From assembly GCA_963716395.1 (NCBI GenBank), contig OY970309.1:2176001-2240000 (forward strand): DNA of 64,000 nucleotides. The letters are read 5' to 3'. Numbering within the stretch: the stretch's first letter is position 1; the number at the start of each line of letters is the position of its first letter. Shown in pieces: positions 8,918-18,100 of the stretch. This DNA is from an uncultured Fibrobacteria bacterium. GTDB lineage: Bacteria; Fibrobacterota; Fibrobacteria; UBA11236. Under the pieces are notes generated by a model, which saw nothing but the letters and a program-made list of their open reading frames with translations, did not search any database and was not told the origin of the DNA. A program made the translations under genes and the position numbers.

Positions 8918-10039
8918 CTAAGGCAGGGGAAGTATCGCGAGCCGGCGGCCTTGAAGATCGAAAAGTGAGCCGCGCATGTTGTACACGCCGGGCATTCCCA
9001 TCGTTCGCAGCACGCCGGGCTTTTCCATCAGTACGGTCTGAATGGAGGTGGCCGCACTTAAGGCAGTCACGACGCCATCATAGGCGGGCTTTTGCGCAAA
9101 ACTCGCGTCGAACAGCAGCGGAACCGCGGCGGCACCCAGCCACGATTGGGCGTCATCCACTCCCCACGTCATAAAGGTTTTGCAGCGGGGATGACGCAAA
9201 CACAAGCTCATCAGGGCCTGGTAATTCGCCCCTTGGGCGTTGAGATTTGCCGTGGTATTCGACGTGGAGATATCCAATTCGGTGATGGAAATGTTCATAC
9301 CCAGAGCTTCGAAACGGCTCATGTTCTGGCCGATACTCGCGGTGTCGAAACCATTTAAGCTGAAGTGGCATTGCAGGCCCACACCGGTGATGGGAACGCC
9401 GCGTTTTACCAGCCCGGAAACGAGCGTGTACAGCGCATTGGATTTGGAATTCATAGCCTCCGCGCCATAATCGTTAAAATCCAATCCCGCATTGGGATCG
9501 GCTTCATGGGCGTACACAAAGGCCGAGTCGACATAATCGGGGCCGATATTGTTATACCAAACGGAGCGACGAAGCCCATCCGATTGGCTGGCATCGATGC
9601 CTTCGTTCACCACATCCCATTCATAAATTTTGCCTTTGTAATGCCCCCCGACATTGAGAATGTGGTTTTTCATTACGCTGAGCATGGAATCGCGGGAGAC
9701 GTTGAGGTTGGCGGCGTAACCGATTTGCGAATGCCAGATGAAATTATGTCCGCGCATGGCCATGCCATGGGCGATGGCGAAATTGACGATGGCATCACCC
9801 GCTGTATAGTTAAAGTTGTTTTGCGTGGGTTCGGTGCTTTGAAATTTCAGCGCATTCTCGGCCCCGGCAGTGTTGAAATTCTGGGATAGACACGAATCAT
9901 ACTGCGCCGCATTTCCCGGAAAGGTCACGGCGGCGGCCAAATGAATACCCCGGGAAGTGGCCAGATCCCGCAGGCTCTGGGTCTGAGCGCTCACTATTCC
10001 CAGAGACAAAAACAAAAAAAGGGTGGTTTTCATACTCAT
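8918..10039 (-). CDS. GH10 endo-1,4-beta-xylanase, secreted
   Basis: ENALK, RGH.F.WH, WDVVNE (acid/base), NDY, GLQCH and ITELD (nucleophile); signal peptide; C-terminal FDLQGR tail. Confidence 0.93.
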   Translation of the reverse strand: MSMKTTLFLFLSLGIVSAQTQSLRDLATSRGIHLAAAVTFPGNAAQYDSCLSQNFNTAGAENALKFQSTEPTQNNFNYTAGDAIVNFAIAHGMAMRGHNFIWHSQIGYAANLNVSRDSMLSVMKNHILNVGGHYKGKIYEWDVVNEGIDASQSDGLRRSVWYNNIGPDYVDSAFVYAHEADPNAGLDFNDYGAEAMNSKSNALYTLVSGLVKRGVPITGVGLQCHFSLNGFDTASIGQNMSRFEALGMNISITELDISTSNTTANLNAQGANYQALMSLCLRHPRCKTFMTWGVDDAQSWLGAAAVPLLFDASFAQKPAYDGVVTALSAATSIQTVLMEKPGVLRTMGMPGVYNMRGSLFDLQGRRLAILPLP

Positions 10040-10055
10040 CCTCCGTACTGTTTGA

Positions 10056-10086
10056 GAATAGTGTGAAGGGTTCGGAAGGGGTTGGA
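10056..10086 (-). promoter_or_regulatory. Weaker copy of the ECF-type cluster promoter (GH10)
   Basis: Minus strand TCCAACC-N17-ACTATTC, ending 17 nt upstream of the ATG. Confidence 0.35.
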
Positions 10087-10179
10087 AAAAATGTGCCGAA
10101 TGCTTTTAAAGTTTGGGGCCTCGATTATAATCCAAAGCCCGCGCGTAATTCCGATTTCCGCGTTTATTTGTCGAAACGG

Positions 10180-10325
10180 GCAATTCCCACCAACGCATGT
10201 CGAGGCGGGGCGGGTCGAGGGAATGTTACATGTTGAGCGGGGATTTGAAAAATCCCAAAAGGACGTCAGGTTCTCCGGATAACCCCTCGGATTACGAAAG
10301 TCTGATCCGGGACGGTGGGAATTGC
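10180..10325. other. Structured intergenic element closed by a perfect 12-bp inverted repeat
   Basis: GCAATTCCCACC (10180-10191) / GGTGGGAATTGC (10314-10325), with internal hairpins GGGATTT-GAA-AAATCCC and CCGGAT...ATCCGG. Confidence 0.45.
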
Positions 10326-10349
10326 TGGGTGGCTGGAATTACCCCTGCG

Positions 10350-13300
10350 TTATTCCTCCGAAATCGCGTTGATGGAATAGGCGGGGAATTTCACTTTTTC
10401 CCCTTGCCGCAGCGTGCGTTTCTCGATGGATCCGCCTTGCGCGAGATTCGCCGAATCCAACTGCCGCCAGGTTACGGCGCCTTGGAATCCGGGAATTTTC
10501 ACATCGGCCATCACCGCCGTTTTGGGATATTTATTGATGAACAACAGAGTTTTCTTTCCCGCCGGGTTGACGGTTAAATAGCAACTCGTTTGATCATCGC
10601 CGGTATTGCATTCCACCAGCCGTCCGCGCAGACTTTCGCTGGCCAATTTAAAGGCGTAATAGGAAGGGCGGGGAACATCGTCGCCATCGGGAGCCCCGGC
10701 GCGCGACAGGTACCCGTAATCTCCGCCTTGCTCGGTGATGTTGTTCTGAATATCCCAATAATCGGCCTGGGCGATATTGTACCGGGCCAGCATTCCCAAA
10801 TAGTCCGCCACGAACAGACCATTGACGAGGCTGAGAGTTTGCGGCCCAGGGTTCATGGACACGGAGTTCCATTCCGTGAGCCAGAGCTGGTAGTGCTTTC
10901 CCGGAGCCCCGTACTCCGTCAATTGATGCCGTAAGTCGGGAATGATTTCGTTCAGGCTTTGCGGGGCCGACAATAAGCCGACATCATTTTCTTCTCCGGG
11001 AGTCTGGGGATAATGGTGTACGCTCACGGCATCGGCCAAATCCCGGGTGTACTTGAAAACCTCTTGGTTCCAATCCCCTTTCAAGACCCAAACCACCGAG
11101 ACCAAAATGGAGGGATCGACGGCCTTCATGGCCTGGATGAATTCCGCGGCGCGCTTCCCGTAATCCTCTCCGGTGGTGTGGTTGGGATGCCAATCGCCAT
11201 AAAGCTCGTTGCCGATTTCCCAGTAGCGCACGTGGGCTTTCTTCTCCACGTTCACGTAATGCACCCAGTCGGCGGCTTCCTGGGGGGTGCCCGTGCCGAA
11301 GTTCACCGTAATCATCGGTTCGGTACCCGTGCGGCGGCAATACGCCAGGAATTGGTCGGTATTCACCAACCCGTTCCCATTCTTCATGACCTCTTTCCAA
11401 TGATCCACGTCGGCGCGCAACCCGCCCGGATAGCGCAAGACTTTATGGTCAATGGCCTTGACATAGCCTTCGGTTTTGGGATTCAACAAATCGCCGTCCC
11501 AAAGCGCGGCGTTGATTCCGAAAATGCCGTCGTTGATGTGCTGGGTTACGGTCTGGTTCCAATCGCCGGTCACGGTGATTTCTTTTTGGGCCAATACCGG
11601 AGCTTTCTTCACCTCGCGTTGATTGGTGAGGGAGACATCGTCGATGAGGTAGGTTCCCCGGGTGCCGTCTCCCGCGGGTTTGAAATCCAGACTCATCACA
11701 TTGTCCAAATCGAATTTTCCGTTTTGCACCGCGTCCGGCGGTTGATAATAGGCGAACTTGGTGAAATCCTTGAAGGGCAGGATGATTTCGTTCCAACCCT
11801 TGGTGCCGCCGACATTGGCGTCGAAAATCTCGTCGCCGGCGTCATTCACCTGAACCGTAACTCCCTGGTACGCCCTGTCGGTGTATAAGAAGAAACGCAG
11901 ACCCCAATACCGGCTCCAATTCCGTTGTTGCGCCGGACGGTGGTTTTTGGCGTAATCAAACATGACGTCGCACCAGTCGGCCAATTGATAATCGATCGAC
12001 AAAGACTTTTTACCATGACCCATGCCCTTGGCCGCGACGATGGAGGCCGTCACTTGGGATTTGGGCCCGTGGTCGGTCGCCCAACCCTGATCCGCCGGCC
12101 CTTCGAAATCGTGCAGCAGCACATCCGGCGCCGTCGAATGGAAAGCGGCCCAGTACGCCTCCGGATCCACGTATCCCGGGATGGAGTCGACCAGCACCAT
12201 ATCATCCACGTAGAACGAGGCGGGCTGGGTGGAGTCGACCTTGTTCTCTCCCTTGTTGACGGAAAAGCGAATCTCGTTGATTTCATCCCAGCGTACCGGG
12301 GCGGAAATCTCGGCCTTGCGATCCGCATCCCAATACAAGCCGGTGGCTCCGAAACGCTTCAAGGGGATTTGGTAATAATGCCAGGTCGTATCCACGGGGC
12401 CGAAATCACTCAACACCACCTTGGTTTGCACCTTGATGTCATTGCCTTCATTGTCCAGCAGGCCCACATAAATCTTTTGCACCCCCGGAACGCCTTTACC
12501 CCAGAAGGAAAGACCCGCCGTGCCTTGGCGCAATTCGGTTAAATCGAGGTTATGGCCTTTACCCAGGGCCAAGGTGACGCCCGAATAATCCCCATTGTCG
12601 AGATAGCAGGCCAGAATCCCCGGATCCTCCTGGGAACCGGGCTGCACCTTGACCGCGGTTTTCCCGCCGTAGACATAGGTGAAAGCGCCGGCCGGAATTT
12701 CGTCGCGGAACAGGGTATGCACGACATGTCCCTTATCGCCGCGAACCAAGGGCGGGGTGATGGTCTCTTTCTTGTCTTCCCAGTATTCCTGATGCGATTC
12801 CGGTTTCGCGGCAAATACATCGCGCAACACGAAAATATCGTCGACCCAAATCCGGAAGGCGGTGTTGTCGCCTTTTTTGATTTCAACGCGAAACTCCGCG
12901 ACGTCATCCCAATCGAAAGGATTGGGCAATTCCACCTGTTTATGGGGGTCCCAATACACACCGCGGCGGGAGAAATCGGAAAGGGGAATGCTGACCAAAC
13001 GCCACGACTTGGTAATGCCGCCATAGTTGTTCAAGGGAAGGCGCACCACGGTTTTTTTGCCGTCGCGCGTTTCTCCGTCCACCAAAGAGACCCAGGCGAT
13101 TTCGCCGCCGTGCGCGCCTTTGACCCAAAATTGCAGCGCGCCGCGGGCATAATACGGCGTCAAATCATAAGACATGTTGTAAAGGCAGACCGCTCCGCCG
13201 GAATAGTCATTCGGATCCAAATCGAATTGCAAGGAGACTTCGCTGTCATGGCCCGATTCTTCCGGGATATAAACCTTGGACGCGTCGGGATAGGAATACT

Positions 13301-13517
13301 CATACCCCCCCGCGACAAAATCATCGTCGAAGAAACGGTAGACGACGCGGGGATCGACATGCTCCTGCGTGGCGCCCGTGGCGGCCTTGGCGGGCGTCGG
13401 CAGGGGCTTGAATTGCAGGGCACATCCGGCCAAAACCAGAACGGCCAGAAGTCCGTCCCACCATGGCCCGGGCGCCTTGCCGACGCCCAATGTCCGACGA
13501 AAATTTTGCATGCTCAA
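10350..13517 (-). CDS. Multimodular endoglucanase: three N-terminal CBM-like (CBM30/CBM11-like) domains plus a GH51-type catalytic domain; resembles Fibrobacter CelF/Cel51A
   Basis: LRYPGG, YWEIGNE and LWLTEWN GH-A clan motifs; repeated beta-sandwich units (LQFWVKG...IPLSDF...FRVE...WVDDI). Length (~1050 aa) and architecture match CelF as I recall it. Confidence 0.75.
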   Translation of the reverse strand: MSMQNFRRTLGVGKAPGPWWDGLLAVLVLAGCALQFKPLPTPAKAATGATQEHVDPRVVYRFFDDDFVAGGYEYSYPDASKVYIPEESGHDSEVSLQFDLDPNDYSGGAVCLYNMSYDLTPYYARGALQFWVKGAHGGEIAWVSLVDGETRDGKKTVVRLPLNNYGGITKSWRLVSIPLSDFSRRGVYWDPHKQVELPNPFDWDDVAEFRVEIKKGDNTAFRIWVDDIFVLRDVFAAKPESHQEYWEDKKETITPPLVRGDKGHVVHTLFRDEIPAGAFTYVYGGKTAVKVQPGSQEDPGILACYLDNGDYSGVTLALGKGHNLDLTELRQGTAGLSFWGKGVPGVQKIYVGLLDNEGNDIKVQTKVVLSDFGPVDTTWHYYQIPLKRFGATGLYWDADRKAEISAPVRWDEINEIRFSVNKGENKVDSTQPASFYVDDMVLVDSIPGYVDPEAYWAAFHSTAPDVLLHDFEGPADQGWATDHGPKSQVTASIVAAKGMGHGKKSLSIDYQLADWCDVMFDYAKNHRPAQQRNWSRYWGLRFFLYTDRAYQGVTVQVNDAGDEIFDANVGGTKGWNEIILPFKDFTKFAYYQPPDAVQNGKFDLDNVMSLDFKPAGDGTRGTYLIDDVSLTNQREVKKAPVLAQKEITVTGDWNQTVTQHINDGIFGINAALWDGDLLNPKTEGYVKAIDHKVLRYPGGLRADVDHWKEVMKNGNGLVNTDQFLAYCRRTGTEPMITVNFGTGTPQEAADWVHYVNVEKKAHVRYWEIGNELYGDWHPNHTTGEDYGKRAAEFIQAMKAVDPSILVSVVWVLKGDWNQEVFKYTRDLADAVSVHHYPQTPGEENDVGLLSAPQSLNEIIPDLRHQLTEYGAPGKHYQLWLTEWNSVSMNPGPQTLSLVNGLFVADYLGMLARYNIAQADYWDIQNNITEQGGDYGYLSRAGAPDGDDVPRPSYYAFKLASESLRGRLVECNTGDDQTSCYLTVNPAGKKTLLFINKYPKTAVMADVKIPGFQGAVTWRQLDSANLAQGGSIEKRTLRQGEKVKFPAYSINAISEE

Positions 13518-13532
13518 GCCGTGTTCCCGGGG

Positions 13533-15536
13533 TTAAAAAAGCACGTGCAGAAAGAGATCGGTTTGCAATTGGGAGAAATTCTGATCCGGCAGGTAGCCGG
13601 TGTAATCCATGGAGATGAGTCCCAGGGAAAAATCCACATAGGCCCCCGCCGCGACTTTATATTCGGCGCCGCCCGCCAGGTTGCGTTGCGTGGAAGAATG
13701 CACGGCTCCGGCGACGGTGATGTCGGTTTTGATCTGTTGGTAACCGCCCATCAGGGCCGCGCGCTTCCAGAACTTGTAATACAAACTGGCGTTGGTGAAA
13801 TCACTGGTGACCTTGCGCGCCGCGTAGGTGGTGTCGGCGGCGATTCCGGCATTGTTGGCTCCGGATTGCACCAGGCTTCCCGACAGGGTCAGCGGATTCT
13901 GCAGCCCCAGCATGGAACCGATTTCCAATTTGAGGCCGCCGCCGTATTGGGAATAATCCGTGATGGGCAGCACTTCATTCGTGCCCACGGCCACTCCGGT
14001 GACGTTCTTCAGGCTGGCGAACAGCCCTTTGATTTGCAGGCGGTTCTTCCACACGTTGACGGTGGCATCGCCGGTCAGGCCGGTGCGGTTCGGCGTCGCG
14101 GGGCCGAAGGGCATCACCAGTTGCACGGCGGTATCCAAACGCGAGGCGGCAAAGGCGGCCATCTCCCGTTGGGTCATGATGGAGTTGGAGTACGAAAGCT
14201 TTTGAAAGGGCGCCCGCGCCCAAAGATTGGTCCCCAATTCGGGTGTGAACTTGAACACGGTCCGGTACATGGCGTCGAAGGTGGTGTAGTCGCGCGAGGA
14301 AACGTTGTCGGTGCGCACCTTGGCCGAATCGTTTTCGATGTTCATGATGCGCTGGCCGATAAAGGTGGGGCTTTGCGCCAGGGCATTGTGGTAATTCGCG
14401 TCGTTGCGGATGAAGTCCACGCCCGCGCTGAAATTGAAAGCCTCCGCGAGCGCGGCATTCCCGTGGACGCGCGCCAGCAACGCCGATCCGTTCTTAGCAA
14501 ACGGCGTCGCCGACAGCGAGTCGCCGAATACCGGAAAATATTCGGGCCGGTCCTGCGAAGCGGCATATTCCGCCGAGATGCCCGCGCCCCAATTCGTCAC
14601 CCCGAGCAGCGGCGCCAATTCCAAGCCGGCGCGCCCGTCGAGAATCGAAGTGTTTTGGGCCAGCGAATCGGCGCCGGCCACATACTCGTAGGTTGAATTT
14701 TTGTCGAAGATGAGCATGGCGCTGCCGCCCAGGGAAAAGCCTTTGGGAAAAACGGCTTCGAGATTGGTGGCCGCCAAGTATTTCTCCACCGGGGATTCTT
14801 CGATCTGGTCGGTGGGAAAATCGCCGTTGGCGATATCGGTTTCCACGTTGCGCAGCCGTGAACCCATGGCGTTAATATGCAACTCTTTCAGAATGCTGTT
14901 TCCGGTGGGCGCGTCCACGCCGGCGTCGAAATTGAAATTCACGCCTTGCAAAATCCGGTCGTTATTGCCGAGGAAGACCTCGTCTTCGGCCTCTTGCCGT
15001 TGGGTCTGAAAAATCTCGGGTTCGTACAATACGGAAAGCTCCGGCGCCCACAGCGTGAGGGGACTATAGCGCTGCCGGTATTCGCCGGCATCGTAGCTGA
15101 ACATGCTTTTCACCTTGCCGTCCAGACTGAGCCAGCGGGTGAAAATGGGATTGCTGATATCGGAAAAGAAATTGCGCCAATCCTGGTGCATGCGGAAAAT
15201 CACATGCCCCTGGGTCGCGGTATTGGGCCGGGCGTGGATGTCGAAATCCACCGAAGTGAATTCGGCGGTTTCATCCGATCGCAGATCCGAAATGAGGCCC
15301 GGGCCACTGAGGGACGAATTCAAATATTCCGAACGAAACACGCCGCCGATGGAAATGCCCTCTTTGGCTTGAATGGTTTCCAGGGTTTTCATCACGGAAT
15401 CCGCCACCGAGGTGGAATCCTGGGACCAGGACGAAATCGGGGAGGCGGCGCCCACCAGCAACCCCAACAGGATCAGCCCGATCTCCCCGGAACGCGGAGC
15501 CAACGGGGCTTTGGATGCGAATCGGAATGGGATCAT
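13533..15536 (-). CDS. Unknown outer-membrane beta-barrel protein (OMP-B)
   Basis: RBS AGGAG before MIPFRF; signal peptide; amphipathic beta-strands; C-terminal beta-signal ...DLFLHVLF; YSPLTLW motif shared with the upstream gene. Confidence 0.65.
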   Translation of the reverse strand: MIPFRFASKAPLAPRSGEIGLILLGLLVGAASPISSWSQDSTSVADSVMKTLETIQAKEGISIGGVFRSEYLNSSLSGPGLISDLRSDETAEFTSVDFDIHARPNTATQGHVIFRMHQDWRNFFSDISNPIFTRWLSLDGKVKSMFSYDAGEYRQRYSPLTLWAPELSVLYEPEIFQTQRQEAEDEVFLGNNDRILQGVNFNFDAGVDAPTGNSILKELHINAMGSRLRNVETDIANGDFPTDQIEESPVEKYLAATNLEAVFPKGFSLGGSAMLIFDKNSTYEYVAGADSLAQNTSILDGRAGLELAPLLGVTNWGAGISAEYAASQDRPEYFPVFGDSLSATPFAKNGSALLARVHGNAALAEAFNFSAGVDFIRNDANYHNALAQSPTFIGQRIMNIENDSAKVRTDNVSSRDYTTFDAMYRTVFKFTPELGTNLWARAPFQKLSYSNSIMTQREMAAFAASRLDTAVQLVMPFGPATPNRTGLTGDATVNVWKNRLQIKGLFASLKNVTGVAVGTNEVLPITDYSQYGGGLKLEIGSMLGLQNPLTLSGSLVQSGANNAGIAADTTYAARKVTSDFTNASLYYKFWKRAALMGGYQQIKTDITVAGAVHSSTQRNLAGGAEYKVAAGAYVDFSLGLISMDYTGYLPDQNFSQLQTDLFLHVLF

Positions 15537-15547
15537 TTTTACTCCTA

Positions 15548-17911
15548 TCAAAACCACATTTTAATTTCCGCCGACATCAGCACCGCGGTCCAGTCATTGT
15601 CGGTGTAATTCACGTCTTCGTGTTTCATCCACTTCAGGCGGCCGTGCAGGCCGGCCCGGGTGACGAAGTCCCAATCAAATCCGATTCCCGTGGCGTAGTC
15701 GCGGTAATCGATGGGGACCTTGGTCACGATTCCCGTCTGGGAATTCTGCATGTAGGCCAGGTCGGACCGCCAGTTTTCATAGCCCGCCAAACCCAACAGA
15801 TAAAACTTGTCGCTCAGCGCCAGGGCCGGTTCGAAGCGGAAATAGGTGCCCCACAACAGCATGTCGCCGGGGCCGAAGGCCGCCGGTTTGAAGGTGGTGG
15901 AAACGCCGTTCAGGGAGAAGAAAGCGCTCAGGAAAAAATCATGCGCATAGCCGATTTTCGGGCCGAGATCGTAGGCGCCGTCCATGTCGAAATTAAACGT
16001 CCACTTCTGATGGTCGGGCACGTAGGGGGAGGAGGTGAAAATCGTGGTGGCATTTTTCGCCAGGGTATTCGAGTCGGCCTGGGCGGCGTTTTCGTAGGGC
16101 ACAAAACCCTCGTACATCGAGAGGTAATCGCTGCGCAGGCCGCCGGCATCGGGCCCCTCGGGGGTGCCGGATTCCTGCGTGTGGTAACTCTCATCGCCCA
16201 GCCGCTTCTGGTATTTGGAATTCAGAGACACGTCGATGAGGTCGTTTCCCCAGCGGTTATAGGAGGATTGAAAAACGCTGCTCAAATCCTGCCCGTTCAA
16301 ACGGTAGGGAAAGAAGATCAGGTCGCGCGCGGATTCGAGCTGAAAATGTTGGCCGTAATCGATGCGTAAATGCCCATACCCCACCTTGGGGGATACCGTG
16401 AGCAGAATGCCGGCCATATTTTGCGTATAGGGAGACGCTTCTCCGCGCTCAATGAATTTACCGGCGCCCAGCAGATTCGCGCCGAAGGGGAAGAAGGCAT
16501 CCACGGGCGCGGCAAAGGAAAAGGGGGAGTAGAAGCCTTTGGGAATTACGGCGACATCGGCTTGGATGGGCAGCCGGGCCGTGTTTCTCACCATCAGGTA
16601 AAGCGCCGGATGCAGGGGGGTGCGCGTCTCGGTGATGCGCGTACTCGGCGCATACTGGTACAAGGTTTGTCCCAGCGAGTCGTGCTGGGAAGAGTCTACG
16701 GTATATCCGTTGTGGAACATGGTCGTATCCACAAAATTCACGGCCAGGTCCGATTGCATTTCCCAGTGGTCTCCGATGGGCCCCTTGACGTCGATGGAAT
16801 AGGTTTGCGGCTCTTTGTAAAACCCTTTGCCGGCGGGTACGCGCACGATTTTCCCCGAATACGGATCGATGAAGACCGAATCGCCGATCTGAAAGTTCCG
16901 GATAAACAACGGATCGAGATTGATATCGCGTTCGTAGATGATGCCGACGGCATTGAGCCCCACGGTCAGCTTGCCGATGGCGTCTTGCTGGGCCAGGCGG
17001 GCATGCCACATGTGCCGGTACGAATCGCCGATGCCCAGCGACTTGGCGGGGCCGGTTTCGTCGGCATAAGCCAGGTCATTGGAAAAGTCGATGTATTCGC
17101 GTTCGAAATTATCGTAGTTCTCGAAACCCGCGAAGAGAAAATTGAAATACAGATTCGCGGGCAGGTTGATGCTTTCGAGATTGATGCCGTTAAACGCTTT
17201 CTTGTTCCAGGCGGCGCGGCCGGTTTTTGCGCCCTTGGCCATGTCGTATTCGTAGTAGCGCTCGATGGGTTGTTCGACTTCGAAGGGGAGATAATCCCAG
17301 GCGAAGATTCGGGGCTGGGATTTCCAAATGGTCAGCGGCGAGGCCTGGGTCCACATGATGTTTCCCATCTTCAGCCAGAACGAGGCGGGAACGGTGCGGA
17401 TGGCGATGCCGGCGGACATGTCTTCGTCGATGGTGGCGGTTTGATCCGATTTGTCGTGGAACGATTGCGCCTGATTAAACCCGTCTCCATTCGGATCGAT
17501 GGCATAAGAGTTGGTGAAATTGCCCGGAAACGTGTTTTGAAAACCGATTTTGGACCACAACACCACATTGCGGCCGGCCCGGGCCACCATGCCCAGCCGC
17601 AGCATGGATTCGTTTCCCTCCCAGTTCGCCTGGGCCCAACTCACGTCCTGTTCGAGAAAGGTGGGATGATCGGAAAAATCATGCTCCTGCATTTTCAACC
17701 GGGCCAGGCCCGAAAAAGAAACCGGCGACGATCCGCCGAACAGCAGGGTGGATTGCACCTTGGCTTCCAGCGAATCCAAGGTCGACTGCGTGAGGTCTTG
17801 GGAACTGGCCGGGGTGAACAGGGAAAGAAAGGCGGGAAATAAAATGGCGGCTCCCAAGAGCCGAATCCCGGACGGGGCGGGACGAAGCGCCCGCGAAGCG
17901 TGGATTTGCAT
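15548..17911 (-). CDS. Unknown outer-membrane beta-barrel protein (OMP-A)
   Basis: Signal peptide ending ASSQ; aromatic-rich; C-terminal ...SAEIKMWF; SPLTIW motif; no recognisable TonB-box or plug motif. Confidence 0.65.
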   Translation of the reverse strand: MQIHASRALRPAPSGIRLLGAAILFPAFLSLFTPASSQDLTQSTLDSLEAKVQSTLLFGGSSPVSFSGLARLKMQEHDFSDHPTFLEQDVSWAQANWEGNESMLRLGMVARAGRNVVLWSKIGFQNTFPGNFTNSYAIDPNGDGFNQAQSFHDKSDQTATIDEDMSAGIAIRTVPASFWLKMGNIMWTQASPLTIWKSQPRIFAWDYLPFEVEQPIERYYEYDMAKGAKTGRAAWNKKAFNGINLESINLPANLYFNFLFAGFENYDNFEREYIDFSNDLAYADETGPAKSLGIGDSYRHMWHARLAQQDAIGKLTVGLNAVGIIYERDINLDPLFIRNFQIGDSVFIDPYSGKIVRVPAGKGFYKEPQTYSIDVKGPIGDHWEMQSDLAVNFVDTTMFHNGYTVDSSQHDSLGQTLYQYAPSTRITETRTPLHPALYLMVRNTARLPIQADVAVIPKGFYSPFSFAAPVDAFFPFGANLLGAGKFIERGEASPYTQNMAGILLTVSPKVGYGHLRIDYGQHFQLESARDLIFFPYRLNGQDLSSVFQSSYNRWGNDLIDVSLNSKYQKRLGDESYHTQESGTPEGPDAGGLRSDYLSMYEGFVPYENAAQADSNTLAKNATTIFTSSPYVPDHQKWTFNFDMDGAYDLGPKIGYAHDFFLSAFFSLNGVSTTFKPAAFGPGDMLLWGTYFRFEPALALSDKFYLLGLAGYENWRSDLAYMQNSQTGIVTKVPIDYRDYATGIGFDWDFVTRAGLHGRLKWMKHEDVNYTDNDWTAVLMSAEIKMWF

Positions 17912-17938
17912 TTAAGAATAATCGATCCGTGCTAGTGT

Positions 17939-17997
17939 GGGGTATCTCTTCTCATGGCAATTTCCGCCTGCGGCGGACCGATGAAGCGAGACACCCC
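17939..17997. repeat. Internally deleted relative of the 8372 MITE in the OMP-A leader
   Basis: GGGGTATCTC...GAGACACCCC inverted ends; shares the subterminal CGGCGGACCGAT with the right end of the 8372 element. Confidence 0.55.
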
Positions 17998-17999
17998 CA

Positions 18000-18031
18000 A
18001 ATTGGTATCCGTTCTCGGCGAACGGGTTTGA
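18000..18031 (-). promoter_or_regulatory. ECF-type cluster promoter (OMP-A/OMP-B/GH51 operon)
   Basis: Minus strand TCAAACC-N18-ACCAATT. Confidence 0.5.
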
Positions 18032-18100
18032 ATTTTTAAAAAATTAATTCCGGGGAAACGCGGCCGGTTTTGGACTCAGGCATGCTTGTGAGCAACGTTT

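Noticed and set aside
12552-14696. 714-aa plus-strand ORF, and similar long ones at 1733..3289, 16370..17842, 31594..33018 and 46666..48441
   Set aside because: They lie antisense to well-supported genes, have no motifs, and are expected from GC-rich codon bias.
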